From assembly GCA_049521735.1 (NCBI GenBank), contig JBEKON010000009.1, positions 1-54,077 of the forward strand: a DNA stretch of 54,077 nt. The letters are read 5' to 3'. Source of the stretch: Verrucomicrobiota bacterium. Lineage in GTDB: Bacteria > Verrucomicrobiota > Verrucomicrobiia > Limisphaerales > UBA11358. A model generated the notes under the pieces. It was not told the origin of the DNA. It did not search any database and was given only the letters and a program-made list of their open reading frames with translations. Position numbers and translations under genes: made by a program. The stretch's first letter is position 1. Every line of letters starts with the position of its first letter. This document shows, in pieces, positions 1-9,110 of this stretch.

Positions 1-208
1 GCAGCGCAGCCATGCGCCCGGCGTTTAATCCGCCGTCCCACACCACAATCAGATGTGTCGGTTCAATGGCCGCGCGCATTTTCGCCAGCATTTTGACAAA
101 GCCATAAATCGCATTCGTCGGCCGGCCGCCCGGCGAACGCAACCCGCGTATCGCATGAAACGCGCGATACGCATAAGCATGCCCGTCAATAATCAGCAAC
201 CGATCCAT
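1..208 (-). CDS. polA: DNA polymerase I, N-terminal 5'-3' exonuclease region (gene start only; runs off window)
   Basis: Own translation of the minus strand from the ATG at 208 gives MDRLLIIDGHAYAYRAFHAIRGL..PTNAIYGFVKML..THLIVVWDGG, the classic Pol I/FEN N-terminus. It is absent from the ORF track because it has no stop in the window. Confidence 0.8.
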   Translation of the reverse strand, partial: MDRLLIIDGHAYAYRAFHAIRGLRSPGGRPTNAIYGFVKMLAKMRAAIEPTHLIVVWDGGLNAGRMAAL

Positions 209-282
209 AATTTTTTCAGCATTCCAGTCTTGCTGGCTGATTTAAGTCCGGGTTTGCGACCGAGCGCCGACCCTGGATCCGG

Positions 283-945
283 TCATTGTTTGGGCATCGT
301 CACCTTTTTTGTGGTTTCAGTTATCTGCCCCGCCCCCGGCGGCTGCGGCGGAATGGCAATTTGCGCAAACGGCAGTTCGTCGTCCGAATGGACCCGGTTG
401 CCCGCAGGATCCACAATCGTCGCAGTCACAAAAATCATCAGGTTCTTCTTTATGGAAGATTTGGTCGAGCTTTGAAAGAGGCGGCCCAGAAGCGGCAGAT
501 CACCGATCACCGGCACCTTGTCTTTTTCGGTGATAACCTGCGCAGCAATCAACCCGCCAAGAACAACGGTCTGGCCGTCCCAAACATTCACAGTGGTAAG
601 CACCTGTCGCACGGTAAAATCAGGCAGAACGACAGGCAATACCGCCACACCGCTCGAGCTGGTACCTAGTAATGAAGCGGAGATGGTCGGCGGAGTATCA
701 TAACCGCTGAATTCAGTCAGTGACGGAATCAAGGTCAGGTTGAGCGTGTAACCGTCTGATAAAACATAGGGCATCACGTCCAGCACCGGGCCGGTTTCCA
801 GCGATTGTGTCTGCGGTGTAATGGCGGATACGCCGGCTGAGGTGACGACCTGCGCACGAACGACTCCCACAGCTCCAATACCGACTGACAGCAAAAATAC
901 GGAGAGCGCCGGTTTAAGAATTTTATTTGCTTTATGCGTTTTCAT
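283..945 (-). CDS. Secretin-domain protein: C-terminal half of a GspD/PilQ-type secretin domain with its own signal peptide
   Basis: ORF 283..966. The Met at 945 gives MKTHKANKILKPALSVFLLSVGIGAVGVVRAQ, which looks like a signal peptide. Secretin hallmarks present: VNVWDGQTVVLGGL and DKVPVIGDLPLLGRLF..NLMIFVTATIV. Confidence 0.8.
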   Translation of the reverse strand: MKTHKANKILKPALSVFLLSVGIGAVGVVRAQVVTSAGVSAITPQTQSLETGPVLDVMPYVLSDGYTLNLTLIPSLTEFSGYDTPPTISASLLGTSSSGVAVLPVVLPDFTVRQVLTTVNVWDGQTVVLGGLIAAQVITEKDKVPVIGDLPLLGRLFQSSTKSSIKKNLMIFVTATIVDPAGNRVHSDDELPFAQIAIPPQPPGAGQITETTKKVTMPKQ

Positions 946-973
946 TTTTTCCGTTGTCAAAAGCATGTTGTTT

Positions 974-3148
974 TTATGGGGTGGTGCCGGTGGTCGTGGA
1001 GGACGAGCCTTGCTGGAAGGTAAAGCCCGTGATGACCGTGATGACCTGCGTTGCTTTCATTTCGGTCTGCCGCCCGCTGGTGGTGGTGACCTCCGGCGCG
1101 GCCAATTCTTCCGTACCCTGGCGTTGTTCCAAGGCATGGAGCACGACCTGGAAGTTGGGATTGGTCAGGATGCCGGTAATGCTGGCAACGGCCGGAAGAC
1201 CGGAATTGTTGAGACCGCCGGTCAGGCTTTGCACTGTAGCTGGAATGGTCGTGCCGTTGAAAAGATTGCCGGGAAATGTCCCGGAAGGATTCGCAGCAGA
1301 TGTCGGCACATAAAGCGACCCCTGATTGCCGCCACTCGCAACAACAGACTTTCCCATGTTGAATTGCCCCAAATACCAGTCAAAGCCCAATCCTGCTTGG
1401 TCATCTTGATTTACCTGAATGAACCGGGTCTTGATATGAATCTGCGGGGCCACCTGGTTCAAAACCTGAATGGCATTTTCAATGGTGTCCAAGTCCTGCA
1501 GTGTCGCGCGAACAAACAGCAACCCCAATCTGTCATTGAAGAAAATACTCTTGGGATAGGATAAATCCACTCCCAACGTTGTGAAGAAATCCCTGGCGAG
1601 CGTGCTGACACCCGCCATGTTATTCGTGACAGTCACAAAGCTCAATCCACCGTTGCCGGCTCCTTGCCCGCCGCCGCCGCCGCCACCACCGCCGCCGCCG
1701 CCATTTCCACTGGATCGAAGTCCAGCCGAACCCGGCGCCGCATTTACAATTGCAAAAACTCCGCTTGATTGGTTATTATTTCCGCTGCTGCCGCCGCTGC
1801 TTCCGCCGCCACCGCCGCTGCCGCCGTTATTGTTGTTGTTGTAAAAGGCCAACCCACTTACGCTTTCCAAGCCCTGAACGAAAGTATTTGGATCTACTTT
1901 GAACGTCCGCGAATAAAGTTGTGGCGATCGAGGTCCCATGGCTGAAAAAATGACGGCGTAATCTTCAATGGAATATTTGATGGGATGATCGGCGACTTTC
2001 ACGATCGCATCCAACACTTCAGACAAGCGCACATCAGTGAGCGGCGGATTGATTCTGACGCTGACGGAATTGATGTCCACCGATGTTTCCCCGGCCGGTC
2101 CCGTGGAAATTGGCAAGCCGGTCGTGGGATCGATTTGCGTCGCACCGCCGCCACCTCCACGTCCTCCAGAAGCGCCGGTCGTAACAGACGCGGAATTATC
2201 CGCATTGGGATTAATCAGGAAGTTGATGCCTTTTTTTTCCGGGTCACGCAGCTTGGCCTGTTCGCTCAAACTGCGGACAACTTCGTTCAACGGCAAACTG
2301 TCGTACATCACCGAATCAAGCCGGATGCGATCCAGTTTGCTCATGATGGCTTCACGTCCCGGGCCGGTGTGAATGAGAGTGGTGGAAGCATACGGATTGG
2401 GCACAGGCAGGGACAATTGCACGTTCCTTGGCAATTCCCACTCTTTAGCCACCTGCACCACGCGACTTTCGTTGTCAGCCGTTGTAAGATGCTCCTCACG
2501 GGCGTAGGTGCCCTGCTTGACCAGGCTCAAATAATAAAACGCACCCTGATTATTAGGGTCCAATTTCACAGCCTGCTCCAGCTTGGCTTCGGCTTCCTCA
2601 AACTTGCCCATCTCGTAAAGCAGCTTGCCATCGCGCACCAGGGTGTTCGCTTCCATTTTCTCGTCGACTACGATGGGAACTTTTTGCAGAGTCGCTTCAT
2701 CAGGTATTTTGCCGCGCATCGCGGCGATCATCTGGTCGTTTTGTTTTTTGAATGCAAGCACGGTGGGATTAGCCGGGTCCACTCTCAAGGCGCGGTTGAC
2801 CTCCGTGTCGGCTTTTCGCAAATCACCCCGGCGTTGCGCTTCGAGAGCCAATTCGAGCCTCACTGACACGAGTCCGGAAATGGTTTGCGCCGTCTCGGCG
2901 TCAATGCCAGAGCCGATTTGTTGGACGAGCGAATAGGCGTCCTCATACAGTCTGGCGCCGACAACCAAATCTCCGCGAGCGACAGCATCTTTGGCTTGCG
3001 CAAGCTTCTGGCGCAAAACGATGGTGTTGGCCTGCCGCAACACCGCTTCACTGACGGCCATTTCTGCAGGCGTCGTTTGAGCTGGCGACACAAGAGTGGC
3101 CGCCAGCATCAGAATTAAACCGAGAGGAATGGAAACTGCTTTTGTCAT
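974..3148 (-). CDS. Secretin N-terminal protein: signal peptide, TPR-like repeats, Gly/Asn-rich linkers and the first part of a secretin domain
   Basis: 724-aa ORF. It has a signal peptide (MTKAVSIPLGLILMLAATLVSPAQT), TPR-like helices, poly-Gly/Asn tracts and the start of a secretin domain (IKTRFIQVNQDD..GLGFDWYLG..FQVVLHALEQRQGTEELAAPEVTTTSGRQTEMKA). The ORF terminates at 974. Confidence 0.8.
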   Translation of the reverse strand: MTKAVSIPLGLILMLAATLVSPAQTTPAEMAVSEAVLRQANTIVLRQKLAQAKDAVARGDLVVGARLYEDAYSLVQQIGSGIDAETAQTISGLVSVRLELALEAQRRGDLRKADTEVNRALRVDPANPTVLAFKKQNDQMIAAMRGKIPDEATLQKVPIVVDEKMEANTLVRDGKLLYEMGKFEEAEAKLEQAVKLDPNNQGAFYYLSLVKQGTYAREEHLTTADNESRVVQVAKEWELPRNVQLSLPVPNPYASTTLIHTGPGREAIMSKLDRIRLDSVMYDSLPLNEVVRSLSEQAKLRDPEKKGINFLINPNADNSASVTTGASGGRGGGGGATQIDPTTGLPISTGPAGETSVDINSVSVRINPPLTDVRLSEVLDAIVKVADHPIKYSIEDYAVIFSAMGPRSPQLYSRTFKVDPNTFVQGLESVSGLAFYNNNNNGGSGGGGGSSGGSSGNNNQSSGVFAIVNAAPGSAGLRSSGNGGGGGGGGGGGGQGAGNGGLSFVTVTNNMAGVSTLARDFFTTLGVDLSYPKSIFFNDRLGLLFVRATLQDLDTIENAIQVLNQVAPQIHIKTRFIQVNQDDQAGLGFDWYLGQFNMGKSVVASGGNQGSLYVPTSAANPSGTFPGNLFNGTTIPATVQSLTGGLNNSGLPAVASITGILTNPNFQVVLHALEQRQGTEELAAPEVTTTSGRQTEMKATQVITVITGFTFQQGSSSTTTGTTP

Positions 3149-3222
3149 GGTTCGTTTTTAGGTTCGTCGAAATCAGCGCCGCCGGATGCCGGTGTTGTCG
3201 CGTTCGAATATTATTCAACTCT

Positions 3223-4014
3223 TTAGGGATTGTAAGTCAATGTTGTTTTTTTCTGGTTCAATTCGGCGGATAATACCACTTCGTTCTTGCTGATGGCAAC
3301 GATAATGTAATCATCACCCGCAAGTTTCAGAATGTCGTTAACGCGCTGGTCCTGCCAGCTTTTTCCTTCGGGAGCGTATTTCAAATCAGCCATGTAGCCA
3401 TCTACACGACGAAACGGCTTGTCTTTGGACAACATCGCCATCTCGCCAGTGTCTGTCAGCCGCAAAATCAATGGTGTGGGATTGTCGGGCGGGCCCTTCA
3501 CGCTGATAATGGTGAAAGCGTCGTTCTTATCACCAATTGAAGCGTAATGCTGCCGTTTGGCCCGCTGCCCCAATAATGACGCCGCTTGGCGTTCAACACC
3601 AATGATGTAGCGCGCGCCAAATTCATTCGTTTCCACCGAGACCAGCGTGAGTATGAAACACAACGGCGCGGTCTTGGTGATCACCACAGCCTGCGGACCA
3701 ACTTCCCTGCCGCTTTCAATCTTGATGGTAGAGCCATTCTTTGCTTTTTGCCATTCAACGGGATTGAAAAGTCTGTTGGTTGTCTCGAAGTCAAGCTTGT
3801 CGGGCGATTGCAGGCGCTGCATGACGTTGTCCTGCTCCGCCAAGTTCAGCGGCGGAAGCGGTTCGACCGCCCGTGAGGTGATCCCCTTTCGTGTAGCATC
3901 CAAAACATCACGGTCATGCCGTATCCAATACGGTAAAAACACCAACGCGCCGACCAAGCCCAGCAACACAACGCCGAGCAAAATCTTTTCGTAATGTTTT
4001 CTGACGAAATCCAT
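3223..4014 (-). CDS. Membrane-anchored protein of the pilus/secretin cluster (unknown function; PilP/Amuc_1099-like position)
   Basis: 263-aa ORF with an N-terminal TM helix (ILLGVVLLGLVGALVFLPYW). It is co-directional and tightly spaced between the PilO-position gene and the secretin gene. I can name no motif. Confidence 0.6.
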   Translation of the reverse strand: MDFVRKHYEKILLGVVLLGLVGALVFLPYWIRHDRDVLDATRKGITSRAVEPLPPLNLAEQDNVMQRLQSPDKLDFETTNRLFNPVEWQKAKNGSTIKIESGREVGPQAVVITKTAPLCFILTLVSVETNEFGARYIIGVERQAASLLGQRAKRQHYASIGDKNDAFTIISVKGPPDNPTPLILRLTDTGEMAMLSKDKPFRRVDGYMADLKYAPEGKSWQDQRVNDILKLAGDDYIIVAISKNEVVLSAELNQKKTTLTYNP

Positions 4015-4018
4015 GCGT

Positions 4019-4963
4019 TTAAATTCCCGGCAACAGTTCCACGACTTCGATCTTCATGGTGATGCTCAAGATATGTTCATCGAGCACCGTCTGCAATCCG
4101 CCCCGACCGGTGGGCGCGGACGGCGATTGATATGCCGGTTGATTGGGTGGCGCGTAAGGTGGAGGTTGGGTGCCCGTCGTCTCCCCGCCAGGGGGAGAAG
4201 CTGATGACGCAGTAGTTGTCGCCGCCGCCTGCACGCTAATGTCTTTCACGACGAATCCGTGCGGCGACGACGCAAAAATGGACAACGCGTTTGCCAAATC
4301 CTGACTGAAACAGCGGAAAGTCACTTCATATGGCGTAAAAATGGCGAGGTTGTTGGTGACGGTCGGCTCATTAAGATAATCCGATTGCGGGCCACGGGCA
4401 TCGTCATCCGAAACACGCACACGTTGAAGGCCGTCCAAAGAATTGATTTTGGCCGCATAAAGAATTTCTGAAATAGTTTTCACTGCGCCCAGTTGCTCGG
4501 CCAGCGGTCCAAGGCTGCCAGGCGCGAATTTCACCAACGTCCGCTCCGCTTCAAACGAGAAGCCGTATTGAGGCGGCAACGTGACGCTGGCGTTGCCGGC
4601 TTCATGTTGCAACTGGTCAATCGTCCGGCGCAGCGCGGCGGCAAATGCCTCACTGGTCACGACGTTGTTGGTTGGATTCGGAATGGGCGGGATCGGCTTA
4701 AAATATTGCTTCGCCTGCTGAATCCAATCGCGCAGTTGCTGTTCTTGTTCGCGGGCCGTTTGAATGTTATTGACATTATTGTTGCCTGGAGACGGTTTTT
4801 CATTGTTGATCGTTTGTAACGTCTTGTATGTCTTGTTCAATGCGTCCAAGGCCGTTTCATTCCGCTGCCAATTCCTAAATTCATAGACGCCAGCAGCCGC
4901 CAGCAACCCCACAGCCAAAGCGGTGCCGATGAAAAAAAACAAATTTCTCTTAATCCAAGTCAT
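4019..4963 (-). CDS. PilO-position, Amuc_1100-like membrane-anchored pilus-associated protein
   Basis: 314 aa. It has an N-terminal TM anchor (NLFFFIGTALAVGLLAAAGVY), a helical segment, and a Pro/Thr/Ala-rich linker near the C-terminus (TTTASSASPPGGETTGTQPPPYAPPNQPAYQSPSAP). It starts 1 nt after the stop of the PilMN ORF. Confidence 0.6.
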   Translation of the reverse strand: MTWIKRNLFFFIGTALAVGLLAAAGVYEFRNWQRNETALDALNKTYKTLQTINNEKPSPGNNNVNNIQTAREQEQQLRDWIQQAKQYFKPIPPIPNPTNNVVTSEAFAAALRRTIDQLQHEAGNASVTLPPQYGFSFEAERTLVKFAPGSLGPLAEQLGAVKTISEILYAAKINSLDGLQRVRVSDDDARGPQSDYLNEPTVTNNLAIFTPYEVTFRCFSQDLANALSIFASSPHGFVVKDISVQAAATTTASSASPPGGETTGTQPPPYAPPNQPAYQSPSAPTGRGGLQTVLDEHILSITMKIEVVELLPGI

Positions 4964-4964
4964 G

Positions 4965-6752
4965 CTATAGATTCAGGGGGTTTTTAAGCGCAACCAAAAC
5001 TCCGAAGGTGAACGTCCCCGAAGCATCATCCGCCTTGATTTCGCCGGTAAGTTGTGTTGTCTTGGGATCAAAATACGGGCTGGCCTGCAATTCATTTTGC
5101 AACGCGTAAGCGATGTCACTGTTCGCCGATGGGTCCACACTGGATAAACTCATTGCGCGGCAGACCAGGGTGATAACCACTTCCTGACCGGTTTGGCCCG
5201 GGGCATTGGTTGCTGATTGCGTCTCTTCTGGATTAGGTGTGGAAGCACTCCCCCCGCCCGCTGCCGGCGTCATGATGGACATCTGTTCGATCCAAATTCC
5301 AGCCTGCACTCCCGGTTTTTGCGTGGACAATTTTTTCTGGGTTTCGTTCTCGGCGCGAATGAGGACGCGGCGCAATTCAACCAGCACATCGCCCCAATAA
5401 TACCGATCATTCATCCACGTTGCGATATGATTGGCTTCCTGCAGGGTTGCGTCACGGTTCGCATAAACCTTTTTAAACTGGTTGGCCTTCTCCTGCCGTT
5501 GCTGCACGTCCGGCTTCAGCTTGTCAAGTTCGTCCTCCTTCGACTCGCTCAGTTTTTCAAGGAGGAACCCGACTGCGAACGCCACTATCACAAGGCTGAA
5601 TACCGTCGCGATGAAATACGGTTTCTTTTCATTGAAGGCTCGCCGACGCAACGTGCTCGGCGGCATCAAATTCATTTCCACCGGACAGTGCGCCAGATTT
5701 CGCAGCCCCAAACCGACAACTTCGCCAAATGAATGTGCCACGCGCGCGAGTTCCTCCAGATTCACCAACGGGTCAATCCGGACGTTGCGGAATGGATTGA
5801 AGTACTCGACCGGCACGTTGAGTTTTTCGGCGAAAAATTGCGCCGTGTAAGGCATAATGGACGCGCCGCCTGCCAAAAAAAGTCGCTGCGGGGCTGCCCC
5901 GCCCATTTGGCCACGGTAAAATTGCATCGTCTGGTTGACCTGAATGTGCAGTTTCGTCATGAACTGCCGGGCGATTTTGGAAATAGCCGCCTGATTTGGA
6001 CTCTCTGGTTCCTCATACGCGCCACCAAGGCTGACGAACCCCTCGCTCACTTTGAGTTGCTCAGCGACTTCAAATTTTAATTTGGCCGCGTTCGCGAAAT
6101 CCTGCGTGATGGAATTCGCGCCAAGGTTGATGCTGCGGGAAAAAACCTTGCCATTTTCAAAAAATAGCAGGTCGCTCGTCTTGGCGCCGATGTCCAGCAA
6201 TATCGTGCAATCCTCCAAATCGTCGTAGTTGTAGCGAAAAGCATTGCAAAGCGCCGCCGGTGACACGTCGCACAATTGCAGCCGCAACTTCGCCTCCTCC
6301 GCCACGCGGGACAATCCCTCGACGACCTCGGATTTGATTGCCACCAGCAATACTTCCAATTCGCCGGTCGGGGTCGAACCCAAAATTTGATAATCCCACA
6401 CCACCTCCGCCAGCGGAAACGGAACGTTCTGCTGCGCTTCGTATTGAATAATTTGCGTCACCTTGCCCGCGTCCACGGGCGGCAACTTGACGAATTTGGA
6501 AAACACCTGATAACCCGGCGCACAGACATTGATGTTTCTTGCCCCGGCGCCTTTTTCAGCCAGCGCTTCGCGCAGCGCCTCAAGTACAGCTTCCTTGCGT
6601 GTGGCTTCCACCAGGCCTTTTGGCCCGAGCGGCTTGAGAACGAAACCTTTCAGGAGCAGACCGCCGAATTCGCTGAGTTCAAAGTTCGCCAGCTTGAGAC
6701 TGCCCGCCCCAAAATCAACCGCCAAAAATGACTTCACATTCAGCATTGCCAT
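4965..6752 (-). CDS. pilM: Type IV pilus assembly PilM (actin-like ATPase fold) fused to a PilN-like TM/periplasmic region
   Basis: 595 aa. FLAVDFGAGSLKLANFE and ILLDIGAKTSDLLFF are FtsA/PilM-type phosphate-binding motifs. A TM helix (PYFIATVFSLVIVAFAVGFLL) is followed by a coiled-coil and a beta-rich C-terminal region. Confidence 0.85.
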   Translation of the reverse strand: MAMLNVKSFLAVDFGAGSLKLANFELSEFGGLLLKGFVLKPLGPKGLVEATRKEAVLEALREALAEKGAGARNINVCAPGYQVFSKFVKLPPVDAGKVTQIIQYEAQQNVPFPLAEVVWDYQILGSTPTGELEVLLVAIKSEVVEGLSRVAEEAKLRLQLCDVSPAALCNAFRYNYDDLEDCTILLDIGAKTSDLLFFENGKVFSRSINLGANSITQDFANAAKLKFEVAEQLKVSEGFVSLGGAYEEPESPNQAAISKIARQFMTKLHIQVNQTMQFYRGQMGGAAPQRLFLAGGASIMPYTAQFFAEKLNVPVEYFNPFRNVRIDPLVNLEELARVAHSFGEVVGLGLRNLAHCPVEMNLMPPSTLRRRAFNEKKPYFIATVFSLVIVAFAVGFLLEKLSESKEDELDKLKPDVQQRQEKANQFKKVYANRDATLQEANHIATWMNDRYYWGDVLVELRRVLIRAENETQKKLSTQKPGVQAGIWIEQMSIMTPAAGGGSASTPNPEETQSATNAPGQTGQEVVITLVCRAMSLSSVDPSANSDIAYALQNELQASPYFDPKTTQLTGEIKADDASGTFTFGVLVALKNPLNL

Positions 6753-6969
6753 ATTCGCGTCATGCCTGCCGATAAAACACCCGGACTTTCACCGTCCTGT
6801 TTAAGACAATTCGCGCTGGTGTTACTGTAATTTTTTAAGACGGTCAAACATAAAACCTGGAAAAAGAGAAGAATGTTCACAGCAAATCCTGCAATAAAAC
6901 ATTGCGTCTCGCCGCTGGCTCTGGCTTCATCTCGTCGTGCCGGGACAAACGACAGTTATTGCACCCGCC

Positions 6970-7248
6970 ATGAACCGTTGCCGCATGCACATTTTTTATT
7001 CAGGCCATGTGCAGGGTGTCGGTTTTCGTTACATAGCGAAAACCGTCGCCACGGGCTTTGAAGTCAGTGGCACGGTTCGGAATCTGTTCGACAGTCGCGT
7101 CGAATTGATTGCCGAGGGCCCGCGCGAGGAACTCGAAGCATTCCGCACGGCTGTTCGTAATGCCGGGCTTTCCAGTTTTATTCGCGATGAAAATGTAAAC
7201 TGGAGCGAAGCGCAAAACGAATTTCGCGGATTTGAAATTGTCCGATAA
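6970..7248 (+). CDS. acyP: Acylphosphatase
   Basis: ORF 6937..7248. FYSGHVQGVGFRY..VSGTVRNL..RVELIAEG is the acylphosphatase signature. I moved the start to the Met at 6970. Confidence 0.85.
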   Translation: MNRCRMHIFYSGHVQGVGFRYIAKTVATGFEVSGTVRNLFDSRVELIAEGPREELEAFRTAVRNAGLSSFIRDENVNWSEAQNEFRGFEIVR

Positions 7249-7251
7249 AAA

Positions 7252-7974
7252 ATGAAATACGCCATCATTGCTGACATACACGCCAATCTGGAGGCGTTTC
7301 AGGTCGTTTTGGACGATGCTCAAAAGCAGAAGGTCACGCACTATGCCTGCCTCGGCGACGTTGTCGGCTACAACGCCAATCCCAAGGAATGCCTCGACAT
7401 CGTCTGCAAAATGAACATCCCTTGCGTCAAAGGCAACCATGACGAATACTGCTCCACCGACGATCGGCTTGAAGGTTTCAACCCCGCCGCCGCCGAAGCC
7501 GTCCACTGGACGCGCGGACAGCTTTCCGACAAGGAACGCAAATGGCTGTGCGACCTTAAATACACCAAAATGGTCGCCAACTTCACCCTCGTCCACGCCA
7601 CGCTCGACGCGCCGGAACGCTGGGGTTATGTCTTCGATAAGCTTGCCGCAGCAGCCAGTTTTCCATACCAAAACACGCAAGTCTGTTTTTTTGGCCATAC
7701 GCACGTGCCGGTCGCCTTCATGCGCGACACCGTTGTGCGGGGCGGCACCTATTCCAAATTCAAAATTGACCCGGCCAAAAAATATTTCGTCAATGTCGGC
7801 GCCATCGGCCAGCCTCGCGACAATAACCCCAAGGCCGCCTATGTGGTTTATGACATGGACGAAGGCACTATTGAACTGCGCCGGCTTGAATATGACATCC
7901 CCGCCGCCCAGAAAAAAATTCGTGCCGCCGGTCTCCCTGAACGCCTCGCCGAACGGCTCGCTGTGGGAAGATAA
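7252..7974 (+). CDS. Metallophosphoesterase (calcineurin-like phosphoesterase family)
   Basis: Motifs MKYAIIADIHAN, GDVVGYNANP, KGNHD and FFGHTH are present in canonical order. Confidence 0.85.
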   Translation: MKYAIIADIHANLEAFQVVLDDAQKQKVTHYACLGDVVGYNANPKECLDIVCKMNIPCVKGNHDEYCSTDDRLEGFNPAAAEAVHWTRGQLSDKERKWLCDLKYTKMVANFTLVHATLDAPERWGYVFDKLAAAASFPYQNTQVCFFGHTHVPVAFMRDTVVRGGTYSKFKIDPAKKYFVNVGAIGQPRDNNPKAAYVVYDMDEGTIELRRLEYDIPAAQKKIRAAGLPERLAERLAVGR

Positions 7975-8015
7975 ACCAAACTCAATCTCCACAGGTAACG
8001 TCAACTGGCGCGGAA

Positions 8016-9089
8016 TTGAAAAAATGGCGGTATCCGGGTAATCTGGGGCTGAAAAACGAGTCTTTGAAAATTCTCATTCTCAAACCCAGCTCGCTCGGCG
8101 ACGTGGTGCAGGCGCTGTCCGTGCTTCGCCTCATCAAACGCCATCTGCCTGCGAGTGAAATTTTTTGGTGGATTAATTCCAACCTTGCATCACTGATCGA
8201 AGGGGATCCCGATTTGACCGGCATCGTCCGCTTCGAACGCAAACGCTGGGCCGCCCCCCGACACTGGCCGGAAATGTTCCGCAGTGTCCAATGGATGCGC
8301 GCGCAAAACTTCGATTGGGTCATTGACCTCCAATGCCTCGCGCGCAGTGGCGCGTTCGCGTGGCTTGCCAATGGAAAATTTCTCATCGGCCTCGATGAAT
8401 CCCGCGAAGGGGCTCGCGGATTGTACGACCTTGCCGTCCGCCGCCCATCGTTTTACACGCACGCCGTGGATTGGTATCTCGCCGTGCTGCCGCCGCTCGG
8501 TGTGCCAGTCCATAAAAATTTTCAATGGCTGCCCGAACACTCCGAAATCGCCGCCGCCGTCAAAGCCAAATGGCAAACCGACGGAGCGCGGTGGATTGCC
8601 CTTCAACCGGGCGCCCGCTGGGAAAACAAACGCTGGCCGGTTCAAAATTTCGCCGAACTCGTCCGCTTGCTCGCGGCAGGATTTCCAGACGTGCGCTTTG
8701 CCATTCTTGGTAATGACGATGACAAACCGCTCGGCAAAATCATCGCACGCGCCGAGCCGCGACGCTCCTTGAATTTGTGCGGACAGACTTCGTTGCCGGA
8801 AATGGTCGAATGGCTGCGGCTCTGCAAGCTGATGATTACAAACGACACCGGCCCGATGCACGTTGCCGCCGCGCTCGGCAAACCGCTCATTGCATTGTTC
8901 GGCCCGACTGAACCGCGGCGCACCGGTCCTTACGGTCAGCTCGAAAACGTTTTGCGAATCAATCTCCCCTGCTCTCCCTGCCTGAAATCGCATTGCACCT
9001 ACGAAAAGCCGAATGAGTGCCTGAAAGCGATTTCGCCCGCGATGGTTTTTGAAAGCGCATGCGAAAAACTTGCGGCACTGCCGGGTTAA
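8016..9089 (+). CDS. Glycosyltransferase family 9 (LPS heptosyltransferase-like)
   Basis: ILILKPSSLGDVVQALSVL near the N-terminus and ITNDTGPMHVAAALGKPLIALFGPT near the C-terminus are typical of GT9. Confidence 0.85.
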   Translation: MKKWRYPGNLGLKNESLKILILKPSSLGDVVQALSVLRLIKRHLPASEIFWWINSNLASLIEGDPDLTGIVRFERKRWAAPRHWPEMFRSVQWMRAQNFDWVIDLQCLARSGAFAWLANGKFLIGLDESREGARGLYDLAVRRPSFYTHAVDWYLAVLPPLGVPVHKNFQWLPEHSEIAAAVKAKWQTDGARWIALQPGARWENKRWPVQNFAELVRLLAAGFPDVRFAILGNDDDKPLGKIIARAEPRRSLNLCGQTSLPEMVEWLRLCKLMITNDTGPMHVAAALGKPLIALFGPTEPRRTGPYGQLENVLRINLPCSPCLKSHCTYEKPNECLKAISPAMVFESACEKLAALPG

Positions 9090-9110
9090 GCGGGCTTGCG
9101 TTTTGAGTGA

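Noticed and set aside
53-669. Plus-strand ORFs 53..475, 286..669, 309..533 and 518..703.
   Set aside because: They overlap the polA start and the secretin C-terminal gene on the opposite strand. They have no motifs and a shadow-ORF composition.
1581-1844. A poly-proline ORF (..PPPPPPPPPPPPFPL..).
   Set aside because: It is the antisense reading of the Gly-rich linker of the secretin N-terminal protein.
7000-8004. Long antisense ORFs opposite well-supported genes. Examples are 7000..8004, 8190..9119, 9865..10803, 12763..13455, 17353..18495, 27614..28243, 28240..28941, 30029..30871, 32945..33802, 34654..35607, 38475..39941, 43632..44324, 47196..48023, 49879..50784, 821..1564 and 1985..2866.
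   Set aside because: Each lies opposite a gene with clear family motifs. Their translations are Arg/Gly/Ala/His-rich with no motifs, which is the typical shadow-ORF pattern of GC-rich DNA.
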